NCBI RefSeq assembly: GCF_036588685.1
Contig: NC_086385.1
Location: forward strand, 6,634,001-6,698,000
DNA from: Mytilus trossulus
Lineage: Eukaryota
Direction of reading: 5' to 3'
Length of the DNA: 64,000 nucleotides
Shown here: positions 23,831-38,127 of the stretch, piece by piece
How the letters are laid out: every line of letters begins with the position of its first letter
How positions within the stretch are numbered: position 1 is the first letter of the stretch
The notes under the pieces: model-generated
The model's database searches: none
The model's input: only the letters and a program-made list of their open reading frames with translations
Told to the model about the DNA's origin: nothing
Translations under genes and position numbers: made by a program

Positions 23831-24120
23831 ATCTTCTTGAGACAAACAGTCATTGAACTCAGGGATGTTAAAATTTACATAAACTTTAAATTTCACATCC
23901 TAAAATAACAGTTACAATATAAATTGTTATGAGATAATGTGATGTAAATTGTGTGATATTTTCAAAAAGGTATGTATAATGTTGATAATATGTATGAAAA
24001 TGCATTGAATTTTCCCTATATGATGTGATGATGGGTAGTTATGCATGTCCATTCGACTGTAATTAAATGGACAGAATAGACACCGAGTGTCTTTTTTCGT
24101 AAAAAAAAAACCAAAATATA

Positions 24121-24925
24121 AAAGAGGGACAAAGGATACCAGAGGGCTAGTCAAACTCACAGATCGAAAAACAAACTGACAACGCTATGGCTAAAACAGA
24201 AAAAAAGACAAACAGAATAATAAGAGTACACAAGACACGACATAGAAAACTAAAGACTAAGCAACACGAACCCCAACAAAAACTGGGTGAATATCAGGTG
24301 CTTCGGAAAGATAAGCAGTTTAACTCCATATGTGTCACTGTCGTCTCTCTCATGTTATTACAAACCCAATAAATAGTTGGTATGTCATATTTGTGAAAAG
24401 GGGAGAGAATTGTAGTCCCACATAAAGAACATATTCGATATCATTTGTGAAACGGTTATTCCATGACGGTCAACCGACTCGTGATGGTGTCCATTTAACA
24501 TATCATCCATAAATAACATGGAATTGGTTGATAGGATCTTAATAATGATCACTTCAGTGCACTTTTTTGTTTGAACTATCATAGGTAGTGATCAGCCTTG
24601 AAAGATATAAATATCTAGTCAGTACCATAGGATTTTGTTGCAATCTATACCAAATAAAACCAACTCTTTATTTCGACAATCAACTAGTCGGGACAATCAG
24701 TAACGAACTTTAGTTTCCTTATCTGTAACGTGTCTGTAACTACCCATGATATTTTTCACCTCTAGTTATTGGTGGGGTTACTGTTGTTTTTATTCTTTAG
24801 TTTTCTATGTTATGTCATGTGTACTATTGTTTGTCTGTTAGTTTTTTTCATTTTTAGCCATGGCATTGTCAGTTTATTTAAGATTTATGAGTTTGACTGT
24901 CCCTTTGGTATTTTTCTTCCCTCTT
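24121..24925. mobile_element. Two Penelope-like family A tails in inverted orientation (24121-24490 minus; ~24745-24925 plus)
   Basis: AAAGAGGGACAAAGGATACCAGAGGG at 24121 and its reverse complement ...CCCTTTGGTATTTTTCTTCCCTCTT ending at ~24925. Confidence 0.75.
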
Positions 24926-24929
24926 CAAC

Positions 24930-26566
24930 ATCAATTAAAATTATATTGTGGTTTCGTAGACTTCCGAAGGACGTTTGATAAGGTGGACAGAAGAATTTTG
25001 ATATACAATCTTCTCAAATCTGGAGTTAGCCGTAAATTCGTATCAATGGTTAATTCTATTAATTCATCTGTGCGTTTACGTGTGCGGTCTGGTGGAGTAC
25101 TATCAGAGGCTTTTAACAATCATATTGGTGTAAAACAAGGCGAGCCCGTATCTCCGTTACTTTTCTTATTTTTTTATAAATGACATTATTCAAGATATCT
25201 CCACCGATGTAAACGAAGATGTCATATCGTTGAATGGAATCCTTATATATCTAATACTTTTTGCTGACGACACCGTTTTATTTGGAAAAACACCGACTGT
25301 TCTGCAACACTTATTTGATACACTTTTACTTTACTGCAATAAATGGAATATCGAAGTAAACGCTGATAAAACCAAAGTAGTGGTATTTAGAAATGGATTT
25401 AGACCAGAAGACACTCAATTTTTTTCTATGATAATAAGGAACTGCAAGTTGTTAATTCATATGTGTACCTTGGTGTATTAATACATTACAACGGAAAGTT
25501 TTTACATACAAAGAAACGTTTAGCACAACAAGGATCTAGAGCCATGTCATCTTTAATGAACTCTCTCAAACAATTCTTCATCACTCCAGAAGAACAGATG
25601 TTTCTTTTCGACAGTATGGTCGGATCCATTTTAAGCTATGCATCATACATATAGGGTTTCCATCGTGATAAAGATATCGAACTTATCCATAATCGTTTTT
25701 GTAGATTTGAGTTAAAATTGGGTCGAAACGAACCAACATGCTTTTTATATGCCGAACTTGGCCATTTATCTCTTTTTATTGTTAGAAAACAAAATATATT
25801 GAAATATTGGTTACATATTATTACAAATAAACCAAAAGTTTTATACGATGTGTATAAACTCTTGTATGACGATGCTATCAATGTTTATGTAAACTGGGCC
25901 TAGAATATTCGTGATATGTTATATGATCTTGGTTTAAATTAGTTATGGCTAAACCAAGATACTAGCACAATTTGTATAAATAACATTAAAATTCGTATTA
26001 AAGATCATTACTTGCAGAATTGGTCAACTACTATTCAAAAATGTAGTAAACTGTCTTTTTATAGTACATTTAAATTAACTTTTTATATTGAAAAATATCT
26101 GTCTTATAGCAATAATTGTTAATCTGTTAACAACTTTACGTAGTGGAACATTAAAGTTAAATTTTGAAGTTGGCCGTTATAATAATATTCTAGAGAAAAT
26201 CGTTTATGTGAATATTGTTAAATGTGTGTTATTGAAGATGAATACCATTTTGTTCTTGTTTGTCCATCTTATAGATCTGTACGAACACAATTTTTACCTA
26301 AGTACTATAATTGTCATTGGCCTAATAATATCAAACTATTAAATTTACTACAAGCTTCTAGTAAGTCTCTCACGATCAAAATATGTAAGTATATAAAAGC
26401 TGCATGGAATATTTGATCTAATATAGTCTCATAACTTAATTTATATGTCACTGTATTATACTATTGTTCTCTGCTGTCTATTCATGTTTTATATTATGTA
26501 ATATATGTTGTTAATTTTGCCATAGCATGTCTATGCTTTGCAATAAAGATTCATTCATTCATTCAT
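24930..26566 (+). mobile_element. 5'-truncated non-LTR retrotransposon (LINE; RTEX/L2-group-like), degenerate
   Basis: LYCGFVDFRRTFDKV..GVKQGEPVSPLLF..ILFADDTVL..YLGV RT motifs, a C-terminal EDEYHFVLVCP motif, then AATAAA followed by a (TTCA)n tail. Confidence 0.9.
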
Positions 26567-27214
26567 ACTTCTAGAAAGATTCATTTATATATATTTTTTG
26601 TTCATTGACAGTATATTGATTGAATATCTTATTAGAAATTGTGAAAAAAAGTAATTCATTTGGTTTTTTTCAGTATTTTCAATTTTCGCAATAAAAAATA
26701 GCAAAATTATGAAGAAGAAAAAATCCAATTTTACAGATTTTACGGTTATATGTATAACGCTTTTTAATTTTACAATCTCAGACGAGAAAATAAATTTTAT
26801 GGAAACTTTTTCGTCGTTTTTTTTATCAAAAAATCAAAACCCATTATTTTTTTTCGTTATAAACATATTCATTGGCATTTGTTTATTGACCTGATAAGAG
26901 ACTGATATAAGATAGACTTAGATATGAGAAAATGTCAGGCCCTACGATTTGTGTGGAACACTTATATTGTTACTATGTCCAATCAATATTATTGTTGCCT
27001 TTCGACTGCAGTGTTTGACAGTGTTATGTTATAATTTTGTGTTATCAACATATTTTTTTACTGCTGTATTATTTTTACTCAAAAGTTAATGTTCTCATAA
27101 AAATATTTCTAATCAATGTTGCAAGCATAAATAAAGATATTCATAACCAATTATGTAGGATTTCAATTGAAGTCGATCATATATTTTAAAACTGTATTTA
27201 CTACTACAATATGT

Positions 27215-27900
27215 ATAAAAAGTAAAATCACAAAAAAAATGAACTTCGAGAAAAATTCAAAAAAAAGAAAATGTTCTTATCAAACATGTCAAATGGCAAA
27301 ATCAAACGCTCAAATACATCAAACACATCACACGAATGGGTATCTACTGTCATATTCCTGACTTGGTACAGACATTCACTTATAACTATGTAGATGATGG
27401 TGGATTAAACCTTGATTTTAAGCTAGCTAAATGTCTCACTTCTCCGACAGTCGAATAAAATTCCATCATATTGACATCGATGAGTGAACAAAACAAACAT
27501 ACATAATAGGTAAAAATGTAAAAAATATGGGTACATCGGTCAACATTGTGATATAGTCTTAATCACTATACAAAAAAAATATGTAACAAAAAAAAACATA
27601 AAATGACATATAGACCAAGCATATTAGCAAAAATCAAAGACAGAAATACGCAAATTTATCGTAGTACAATACCACAATGACGGGATGTATAAGGAAAGAG
27701 CCACGTCATATATGTATCAAAGAAACCTAAAAAGGCTCACACCACATCTTCCTATATCTATGTAGCTAAGGAACATTAGCAAAAATGAAAGACAAAAATA
27801 CAAAAATGTTTTACAACGGCACAATAACGCGGTGTATATTTACAGAGCCACGTCATATACATGTCTGTATCAAAGAAACACCAAAAGGCATATAGACAAA
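27215..27900 (-). repeat. Dispersed repeat (shared with ~9895-10075, ~17820-17900 and ~31660-31790) with an internal ~150-bp duplication
   Basis: AAATGGCAAAATCAAACGCTCAAATACATCAAAC...CATATTCCTGACTTGGTACAG; the block TTAGCAAAAAT..GAGCCACGTCATATA..TATCAAAGAAAC occurs twice. Confidence 0.6.
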
Positions 27901-28574
27901 GCACAATTGAGGACAAATGAAGGTCAGGAATCCGACAATTATCATACAATATACTGTCTGGCTTACCGTGATTGTATAAACTTGTTGAAAGCAGTCCAGT
28001 AAAGTGTGTTTTAGGGGACGGGTTCGATTGTTTGTATTCAAGGTTGGTTTCGGTTTCCGCGTTTTCTTATTATGGTCGTTTTATATCATGACAATGTTCA
28101 TCTATACCACTACATTATAAAAGTTTTAATTAATACAACAACGTTCAGTCTAAATAGACATTTACACTATATGCAAAATATTTATTACTAGTATTTATGT
28201 GTATGTTAAACGTCTTATTGATTGGGTCTATCTAGACCCCAGTCAATATCTTGTAATTTTCATAATTGAATAGAAATTTTAGTTTATTTCAAAATACACA
28301 ATTTCTGGCCACAATAGTAAACATATAATTACGTTTGATCTACACAACATAACATCATTCTGTAAATTATATGTCAAACATAAGTGAGTAAAGATTCATA
28401 AAATGTTGTTTTTTTATCTAAAAAAAAGAATAAACAACAGTATTTACAGGAATATTACAAACAGGGTCGATTTTACTTGTGAAATCAGTGCCCTATCATC
28501 TGATAGAAGTCAATAATTCAGGTAAATCTCATTAGTAATTATCATTTTTTTACTGGAAATAATAACCAAAATAG

Positions 28575-28705
28575 TATAAATTTGAAAACAACACGTTTAA
28601 TAATTTATTGCGTCCGAAGCGCCTCTCTGGATTTACCTTCGTCAGGAACGCTCAAACAATTGAAATCCGAAGATGTATAAGTACCGAAACCGTTGAAGAG
28701 CTTTA
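28575..28705 (-). mobile_element. Retrozyme-like family 2 fragment; hammerhead at 28610-28651
   Basis: Minus strand reads GCGTTC-CTGACGA-AGGTAAATCCA-GAGA-GGCGCT-TC-GGACGC (GAAA mutated to GAGA). Confidence 0.7.
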
Positions 28706-30069
28706 ACTCTCACCTAAGCAATTCTGCAATAATATTTATGTATTTATTTCTCATTAGGTCCGGGAACACAGTTATTGTAATTGGATTTTCGTTTGTCACG
28801 AATATAGTCCCTACAATACTGGACCAAAATACCAATGTTAATACCAGTAATAGTCAATGTGCGACTGTTTGAGTCGGTGGAAAACTGACGATGACTGTCA
28901 AATCAACTGATAACAACTGTGAGGGTTGTGACAGATGCCTTTTTTCATTGTAACAGTTAATTTTAGTCTGTCCCATCACTTTTATGGGTTGTGAAAATCA
29001 AAATATGCTATCATCAGTTATTTAAGGAAAAGAATTTATTACAGTCTTTCCAAAATTTGGGGTAGTTGTATAATGTTTGTCCCAACCATTTAATAATTGG
29101 AACAGTTTAAATTTGTCTGTGTCAACTTTTCAGACTTTGATGCAATCAAAAAATGTTTGTTACAACGTTTTTATAGTTTCATGAAGATATGTCACAGTCC
29201 GTCACTATTGATAAGTGTCATATATATGATGATGGAATTTTTTAACTACCATGACTGGCTTAACAGCCCTGGCACGGTCGTTGGTAAGTGTCAAATGACT
29301 GCTTGCTGTACTTATAAGAGTCAGATGTTAATACATGTATGTTGATAATCTTCTTAATTACTGTTCATTCTGAAACTGACATTTTATACTATATTCATTT
29401 TAAGTTCGCAAATTGTTTCACTAAAACTTAGTAAAAATGGCTTTTGAAGTCATAAAGCAGTATAAAGCTTAAAAAAATATTACTTTACACCTAATCTTAC
29501 TCTGAATTATAAAATTGAGAATGAAAATGGAGAAAGTGTCAAAGAGACAACAACCCGACCATAGAGAAGGCAACTGTATTCAATATTTTTAGGCGCTTAA
29601 TTATTGAAATTTAACAAAATGGTGGATTCTTGGGAGGTATATTGCATACAAGGAAAAAACTCAAAAAAAAATCATTTTTTGTCTAAAAAGGGTCCAAATA
29701 AATGTTTGCCTTGCTCCGCTCGGCGGGGTGCCTCCCCTTTACAGGGGAGGCAATTTACGGCCCTGCTTCCTAATATTAATAAATAGTTAGTGATTGTAAT
29801 ATACTTTATAACTTCATATAGTAATTGCTTTAATTAGCTTAGCTTCGTTTATTAAACCCCAAATTAAGTTCCCTTGCTGGTCTCTTACCGTCTACGTTTT
29901 GTAAGCAGGCTGATATGGTTTGTATTCAATTAAATGACAACTCGGCCAACGACAAACTCGATCCACGGCCAAAACGCACCACTAAAACACTCTAACTAAT
30001 CATTACAACTTGCATCACTTGATCATAGTCGCACCACTCAAGAAAAAAGAAATATAACAAACTCGAAGA

Positions 30070-30440
30070 AATGCGTTTCATCATCAGATTGATTTCTTCT
30101 TCTCTTGGTAAACTCCTGTCGTATTGGAGTACCCGTGTCACAGAGAGACAGATCTCACACCACTCGAATGAAACAAATAAAACTTCGCACAACTGAGGAA
30201 ATGTTTAAATCATCAAAGAATTCTGTATTGTCTTCTCTTTATTATATATTCTATTCTTGGAGCGCCCGTATCATACAGAGATAGAACTTGACTCGCCTAT
30301 TTCGAAAAAAAAAAATACTACAAACTGGCACCATTGACAAATGTTTTAATCAGCAGTGTTCTAGGTTGTTTTCTTTTTCTTTATAGGAGAGTTATATCCT
30401 CCGTTCAAGGCGCACATGAGTAACACCGAGACAGAAACTA
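30070..30440. repeat. Degenerate tandem repeat, about 2.5-3 units of ~140 bp
   Basis: TTGGAG(T/C)(A/G)CCCGT..CA.AGAGA.AGA and AAATGTTT.AATCA recur at ~135-150 nt spacing. Confidence 0.5.
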
Positions 30441-33400
30441 CTAAACTTTCAAACTCTAGACTGACTAATAAAAAATATCAACATAATGCATCAGTGCATA
30501 ACACAGTTTGAGAAACAAGTATCCAAGCTGTGTATCACAATAAACATTTTAAGTAATCCGGGTTTTTTTCTAGTTAATAATATATGTAAAGGCAAACAAG
30601 ATAAATAGTGTACAGTGATATAACTCTCATAAGAAGAAGGTGTACGATTACAAGAGTTATTATGAAAGCGTAATCACTGCTCCATATAATATTCAAAAAA
30701 TCGTTTTGATATCTTGTTTCAAAGCAAAAACAAAAACAAAGACATAAAAAAGAGGAAGAAGAAGCACAACGATCTCAGAACATAATCAACATGATCAAAA
30801 GGAAAATTGAAAGATTTATTATTTATAATAACACTAGAAGACAGATTTTATTGTACTTATGGAGGTATCCACAAACAGATGGTTAGAACATTATGCAATC
30901 CCGGTTACATAAACATAATAAAGAAAGCATGTGCATTTATGCTCTCAACCCTTTACTATTGGTTATGCTACCCTTCAAATACATGACTGAATAATATTAT
31001 TTTCAAAACTCGAGTTGCATGTAATGATTTTAATTTGGTTTTACGTTTCGGCGTATGTACAGATATCACTTTTTAAATTAATATTTTTGTATTAAAAAAA
31101 AAAGTGTGTAGTAGCCTGTTCTTAGTCTTCGGTAGTCTTTTTCAAGTAAATAATCCTCACTTTTTGTTTTATCGATGCTACATGTAATTACATTTTTTGT
31201 ATGTTTTTATTCTCTATCATTTAAGTTTTTTGACAGATCTTCAGGATCTACGGAAGCACATATTGTTCCATATCATGATGTTTGGGCGTCTGATGGTTAT
31301 TTCCTGTTTTCGATATTTTACTGTTTAATGTGAAAAGGTCCAAGCAAATGACGTTATGTTTGTCCAATGAAAAACAAGTTGCTAAAGAAGACTTTAAAAC
31401 TATCAGTCAGGTAAATAGTATTTTAAACTTTTGACTTGCAAATAGTATGGGGAATAAAAAACAACAAATATTTCATTCTTTCTTATATCGAAAAAAATAC
31501 CGTGGTATAACAATTGGATATATTTACGCATTACGAATTGATTTTAGTGAGAAATAAATATAAATAGAGAAAAGGTATCATCGAATCAATGTCAAGTATT
31601 ATGAATCATTTGACTTTCAACATCTTTTCATTTTGATTTTTCTTGGTATGAAAGACAAAAAGTTAATAAAAAATACCGAAATCCATGGAAAATTAAAAAG
31701 GGCATGTCCTTAAAAACAGACAAAATCAAACGTAATAAATTAACAGAACACGTGAAAAACAATTGCCATATTCCAGACTAAAAACGGGAACTTTTCCGAA
31801 GTTAATGATGAATTTAACCTTGATAAAGCTATTTCAACCTTTCATTTGTATTTAAGTTGTGATTAGTTTGTTAAACTGAACAAATTGGGTGAGCAACCCA
31901 GAAAAACGGCCCATGTGACAATAGTTGGGACACAGCAGCCAAAAACGAGTAACACACATCACAAACATATAACACAACTGACTCAAAAATTCGAACAAAC
32001 ATACAAATACATTTTACAAAGACGATAACAAAAAACATGAAAATGTTGAAGACAGTAAATTTGATAATGACATCAACCCAAAAATGTTTTTGTTGTTGAT
32101 AGCACATACCGTATACAGTATACACTTTCTCAAAAAGATAACCAATGGGGAAATATAAAGACAAGGATAAAAAAAATAAAAACAACATTGTATAAAACCC
32201 AATGTGTCCGAATAGCATCTCCGAATCCACCTGCACAAGCTACGTCCAAAGTTAAAAAGGCGCTGGATGAATACATACCGAGTCAAACGCCGTACGACCA
32301 AACGAAACATAATAACTTCAAAGTGAATATAGGGGAAACTAGTTGCAAACTATTGAAGATCGTGAATTTATAAATACATATACTCCATACGGTGGTGAGG
32401 TTTGTATATTGCTGATAAAGGGATGAACATTTATCATTTTAAATCAGAAATCGTGTCGTTTATCATTCCGGTACTGACTTGCCCGCTGTTGTCAAATTCG
32501 AAGTATAATGAAATAATGCATAAGAAGCTTTATCTTTAGTCCATAATTTTTTACTCAAATTGATATATTATTTAGACTTGATAAGAAAGTTTGGATTGTT
32601 AATCCAAATACTATATAAACGCATGAGAGTACTATGAAATTTGCCAGTTTTACAATCAAAGTTAGAAACTCTTACGCAACAGTATTTGACCAAATTCAAA
32701 ACTATAAATACTGATACTGACCCACAAAATTCTCATTATTTACATCTTCTTTTTATTTGTTCGAAGCACTTTTCTAGATTTACTTTCGTCTAAAATGAAT
32801 AAAGACAAATATTGGAAATATAAATATGAATAAATACCTTCATACATGAGAAGATATTTGACCAAATTCATAAAATGTCAAGTTTGTCCAATGGGGTTGG
32901 AACCTATTTTTTTTTAAGTCTTTAAACTTATCAACATGATTTTTAAAACATGTTTGCCATAACTTCTGTCGAAAGAAAATCCTTATAAATAACTTAGATC
33001 TTAGATACAGGTTTGTACTGGTGCATGATAACTGTTCTTGAATGTTTTTATATCATACGTAATTTGCATATTATATTAATGATTTGTATGAGAGTAAAAT
33101 TGGTAATAAGATATACAAAAAAATAGAAAAAAAATAAACATTTTGGAGCTTAGATTTATACTACGCCCGTTTTTTGTATAGCTTAAGACGATTTTAGCAC
33201 AATTTGTTTTTTTACTTTTGGGATTTAATGCTATTCAACTGTGTACACGATTGTCCTGCATTCTAAACAATTTCAACCCCTAAAACAAAAATATAAATAT
33301 ATCTCTGTGTACAAACTTTTTGGGTTTCCTGTTTTAGTGAATTTATTTTAGTATGTAACTTGGCCTTCAACCTATGTTTTTGTCGCATCTGGCGTAATAA

Positions 33401-34199
33401 TTCAAACATTTTATATCTTTAGATTGCATTTACGACATTGACTACACGAAGGTGATAAGCAAAAAGGTGGTTGAGCACATGTCAACATGTTTAACTAAAC
33501 TAAAATAAGTGGTTATACAAAGACAACCAATGAAAACAATCGGTTTATGTTGGTTTTTGTGTTTGTGTCATGTGAAACATTTGAGTCGGTCGGAAGTTGG
33601 TCGTTGCGCTTTTTTTTACTTTTTTTCAGATGCTGCTGATTCGCTGTTTACCTTTATATATTATCTTTATCATGTTGATATAAGCCAAGGTAAACTTAAT
33701 TAGCCTATCCGCATTTAGAAAGAAACAGCAATATAAATTTAAGTTTAAATAGTAAGAATGAAAACAAAATAGAATATCTGTCAACTAAAGTTTTATTGCA
33801 AATCGGTATATATATAGCAGTATGTTTATAAGCTATTGATTATATGCAACCAGACGAACAGATGCCGCCTAAAACAAGTGGTAAATGAGTCAAATATCTT
33901 TCCTCAACTACATTTATGCAGACGTAACCCGGACTATTCTCTTTATTTTTGGTATTAAGATTATGCATGCAGCTGTATTCATTTACCAATTCACTAGCTT
34001 ATTTATACGAGGCGTGCTCAGCTCTGAGAAAACGTATTAGATTTGACATTCAATTTGTTTTGTTCACTTAACAATAATCAAAGCTTAATTTGGATATTTT
34101 AAAAGTAAACAAACTAACATATATCGTGGTACAAAATGAATGCATGTTATATTCGTAAGAAATGTAATGTACTCATTTTGGTTTAGTTAAACAAGTTGC

Positions 34200-34645
34200 T
34201 TGATAAACGAATTAGGAATTGACAATTCACTTGTACACACAACATATACCCTCACGACACTTACCAAAAAGGAAATCCTATGTAATCATAGGTCTGATCA
34301 ATGTTCCTTTGGAATTTCAACCAAAGATGAAGAACTGGATCTTCCATCACTGTATTGAATACCTAAACGACATAAGTGTCATTACAAACAACGGTATATT
34401 GCTGGGTCTTCAAAAGTGCTCGACGAAACCTTTTTCGAAATTATTAGCTTCTATTTTATCAGCAATCAAAGACGGTCTTCAAAGTTATTGTGAAAATGCC
34501 TATTCTAGAGGTGGCTTACAATACGTGTGAGTCAAGGCTCCGTGTTGAAGGCCGTATTTTGACCTACAACGGTTACCTTTATAAAATGTGACTTGGATAG
34601 AGAGTTGTCTCATTTGCACGCATACCCCATTTTCCTATATCTATT
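34200..34645 (+). mobile_element. Internally deleted Penelope-like element (RT N-terminal region fused to a family B tail)
   Basis: NELGIDNSL..TYTLTTLTKKEIL..SFGISTKDEELDLPSLY*IPKRHKCHYKQRYIAGS/KCSTKPFSKLLASILSAIKDGLQSYCENAYSRGG, then GTTGAAGGCCGTA...GAGAGTTGTCTCATT. Confidence 0.8.
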
Positions 34646-35735
34646 ATGGGTATTTTTCTAGGAGTAAAACAAGGTGTAGGCAGTGGAATGAAACATTTAT
34701 TTCGCTTGAATTCGAAAGTTTTGAAATGTGTTTCCCGTCGAAAAGTTATAACTCCCTTGGGCGATTTTCTTGTGAAATATAATTCCTCTTGAGTTAACAC
34801 ATCTTCATATCTCCCTCGGGCACGGAAAATAAATGAGATATTACCATCATTAAGCGTCCGTCGCCTGTCTCTCCATCCGTTTTCGAAAACTTAAAAAAAA
34901 AGAAATCTTCACCTCTGACACAACTGCGCCAAATGATTGACATGGATGGTCCATCGGGAATCATGTTAAAATTTATAACCAGGATTTGTAGAACTCGTGG
35001 GCTTAATTCAAAATATTGACTTTTATATAGAAAAACTAGCTCATTTGAGGCAAACACGGACAATAGATAACAATAATGCTTTTTTTTTTAAACCATATAT
35101 TACAACCCGTTGCAAACTCATAGTTGTTGTTTAGTCATTGACTTGAAAATGTTATAGAGAGAACGAAAATGATATTGAAGAATGATTTTCAGGATCATTA
35201 GCTATACTAGGATGGTAATTTTATGTTAATGACGGTTCTCAAGAAACAGAAGAGGACTACCGGCCATCACCAGGACAATGGCAAACACAGTCGTTTACGA
35301 TCCTATATTAACGAACCTAGCTCGTTTCTACTCAAAACTTAAATGTTTAAGGCAAATGATCATTGTAAATAAAATATATACATCAGTCGGCACTCGATGG
35401 CATTACCACATTTAGTAGTGAAGATATAAATAATTTTGAAATGTTTTTTTTTTGGATTGAAACTTGCGCATATACACTCGTAACATACTTCATTAAAGCA
35501 TTGATAGTTCCTTTGCATATTCATATTCATAATTTTCCCAAACAGACGGAAATGAGAAAAAAATATTTTTGTTTTGGTTTCTCATCAAATACAGTCTTAA
35601 AAATTAGATGCTTTAGTCATTCGGGATCATAATTTCTTTTCTTTTATTAACCTTAATGTTTGCCTTCACTGTTCCCTTTATTCTGTATATAACCTTCAAT
35701 ACCCTGTCAAATAAAACTTTACAATAATTTTAGTA

Positions 35736-35967
35736 ATGAACAGGATGGTATCAAAAGAGGAAGAGAACTTTCTACGTATTGTGTATCTAAACTACAGCGT
35801 AGCCATTAGAGCACTTACAACATTCTTTGATAAACTACACCCAGACTTATCGGCTGATTTATATATCACAGGGAACAAAGCTACACTCAAACAGCTGCTA
35901 CATCCACCTCCTGGTATAAAACGTGTTCTCTATCAAGGACAATGGGATATTCTTTATCCTCCAACAG
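35736..35967 (+). CDS. Gene 2 first coding exon (DZIP3-type HEPN N-terminal part)
   Basis: MNRMVSKEEENFLRIVYL..AIRALTTFFD..KRVLYQGQWDILYPPT, with donor CAG|GTAAGT. Confidence 0.88.
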
Positions 35968-36409
35968 GTAAGTTCCGAAGTGAAAACGAGTTCTCTATCA
36001 CGTGGTTTTACAGTTTTATAAACGATGGCTTTCAATTCACCTGTAATTGTAGCGGGCTTCTGTATACATTTCAACCACGCGTCGGATATACTTTCTAGCA
36101 ATTCTTATGATTAGAAAATTATAATAAAGCGTACTATTTTGATTCTTTTATGCATATGCCGATTTTAAATATGAGAGCGTAATGTAATTCGACGTACTCC
36201 TCCTGTGTAATGGGCATAGTCATAAATATTTAAAAACAATGTATTCAAATTTTCTTTTATCCTTTTTTTAACGAAAGAGATTGTTTTAAATGAAAATAAT
36301 ACCTTATTAATTTCATTTTTCCTGAGAGTTTTCTCTCGATTGACCGTCATCAAGATCTTCAAACCTAAACATATAAAAGCAAGTGATGCAAAATACTTTA
36401 AAAATAATA

Positions 36410-36790
36410 CAAGAAATTGAAGACAACACGTTAAATAATTGAATGCGCCCAAAGCGCTTTTCTGGATTCACTTTCATTAGGAACACTTCAAGCCAAACAT
36501 TTGAAATCCGAGGATGTATAAGTACCACAACAGTTAAAGAGGTATATGACAAAAAAGCTTAAAAAATAGCCAAATTCATCGATGGTCAACTTTGCCAAAG
36601 AATAGCCAAATGCATATTTATAGTCACCTTTTTTTAGGTAGATAGAGACTAGGTCTCTTAAGAATTTATCAACCGGATATTTTGAAGTAGGTATAAAGCA
36701 TGTCAGTGCTACACCATTTACTACTGAGCTGATAGTACCCTAAAAAACCTAACAGTCCACCTGTTGTGGTTTTGACCAAGTGCTAATAAA
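36410..36790 (-). mobile_element. Retrozyme-like family 2 monomer, degenerate (hammerhead remnant at 36445-36486)
   Basis: Colinear with the 10935-11590 units. Minus strand reads GTGTTC-CTAATGA-AAGTGAATCCA-GAAA-AGCGCT-TT-GGGCGC. Confidence 0.7.
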
Positions 36791-37006
36791 TGGACATTTA
36801 TTTAACTTTGTCCGTACGAGGCGCTTTTCTTAGTTGGTTTTTATCAGGAATATTTGAATTTTTGTAGATTTCGTGGATATAGGATAGTCACGAACTTGGA
36901 TGTTCAATTAACACATGACAAAGTACAAAATCAATAATATATCATATATAATAATATACTTACATTGGCAAAATAGTTATCAAAGGTACCAGGATTGTAA
37001 TTTAGT

Positions 37007-37050
37007 ACGCCAGACGCGCGTTTCGTCTACATAAGACTCATCAGTGACGC
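37007..37050 (-). ncRNA. Minimal type I hammerhead ribozyme, intact core (family 1 fragment 36970-37085)
   Basis: Minus strand reads GCGTCA-CTGATGA-GTCT-tatgt-AGAC-GAAA-CGCGCG-TC-TGGCGT. Confidence 0.88.
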
Positions 37051-37886
37051 TCATATCAAAATATTTATAAGCCAAACAAGTACAAAACCTCGAAATCAAA
37101 TATTCACGCAATCATAATGTTTTCCTTAATCAACGAAAATAAATTTATTCAAAGTACCAGGATAACGGGTGTTTCGTCTACAAAGGAAAATTCAGTCATC
37201 ATGACGAAAATAAAAAAAATTAAAAAAGGCGAAATCAAGTACTAAGTTAAAGAACATAGAGGACAAAAGATTTCGAAAGGTTTTGCGATTTATCAATGTG
37301 GAGTCGCGAGTTAAAACAATATGTGATGCCATGACATGATGCTAAACCAGTTGCCTTCTTTTCAAGGAAATAATGCTGATAATGTTTTCAATCTCATAAC
37401 TTCTAAACTCTTTTTCACCAAATGTACGAAGATTTTGATGAACCCATGTTTTATTGAAAGATCTCAATAACTGAAGGAATGTGCACAATGTCTTACAACA
37501 ATCAGAGAGTCAATACAGGGCGCTACACATTGCATTACTGTGTTGATTGTTGATTGGTGTAGATTTGTATACATGGATGATGGTAGTCACTTTTATAAAC
37601 AAATTACTTCTTTATAATTATGAAATAATGCAATCATAACATGAAATGTCCTAAATTGTTATACTTTAAACGCAGAAATTTTCGTAGAGGATTTAATTTC
37701 GTTTATTTCGTGGAAATAATATATCAACGACATTGAAACCCTCACGAAAATTTAATCTCCATATAAGACCTCTTAGATTTAAGGAATTTCATGAAATTAG
37801 ATCCCCATTAAATCTTACAGAGAGACAAAACCACGAAATTTTAACCCCACGAAAGTTAATGCTTCTACAGCATATTTCTATTGCAG

Positions 37887-38127
37887 GGACACCAATAGTA
37901 ACTTCAGCTGATTTGGACTTAACTTGATTGTGTGGTCACTGTGTAACTTACCTCCACTTGTTGTAGCTCCTGTAAATGGATTTGACGAGCTACATAATCC
38001 TTATGACAAAAGTGATGGAGCCAACATTACATGCTTGAAATATTATAAAAATGTTCTAGTGTCACATTCCAAAGATGGTTCAATATCCAATGTAGACTTT
38101 GTTGGAATGTGGAATACTTTAGAACAG
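37887..38127 (+). pseudogene. Gene 2 exon 2 (HEPN core; 1-nt deletion; catalytic R replaced by K)
   Basis: TTGCAG|GTPIVTSADLDLT/LIVWSLCNLPP..APVNGFDEL..DKSDGANITCLKYYKNVLVSHSKDGSISNVDFVGMWNTLEQ|GTAACA. Confidence 0.85.

Larger units (their letters stand above)
8269..23908 (+). pseudogene. Gene 1: HEPN - coiled coil - nSTAND3-type NTPase - ~34 ankyrin repeats (NLR-like); disrupted only in the last exon; first exon not securely located
   Basis: Six GT-AG exons with matching phases: 8269-8717, 9452-9620, 11941-12128, 13797-13824, 16752-16811, 19079-23908. Lesions: TAG 19828-30, TAA 21010-12, a 14-nt deletion/frameshift at ~21450, TAG 22754-56. Confidence 0.85.

Noticed and set aside
31871-32373. 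Overlapping 121-, 98- and 61-aa ORFs
   Set aside because: Low-complexity A/C-rich strand bias gives hydrophobic pseudo-ORFs; no domain signal.
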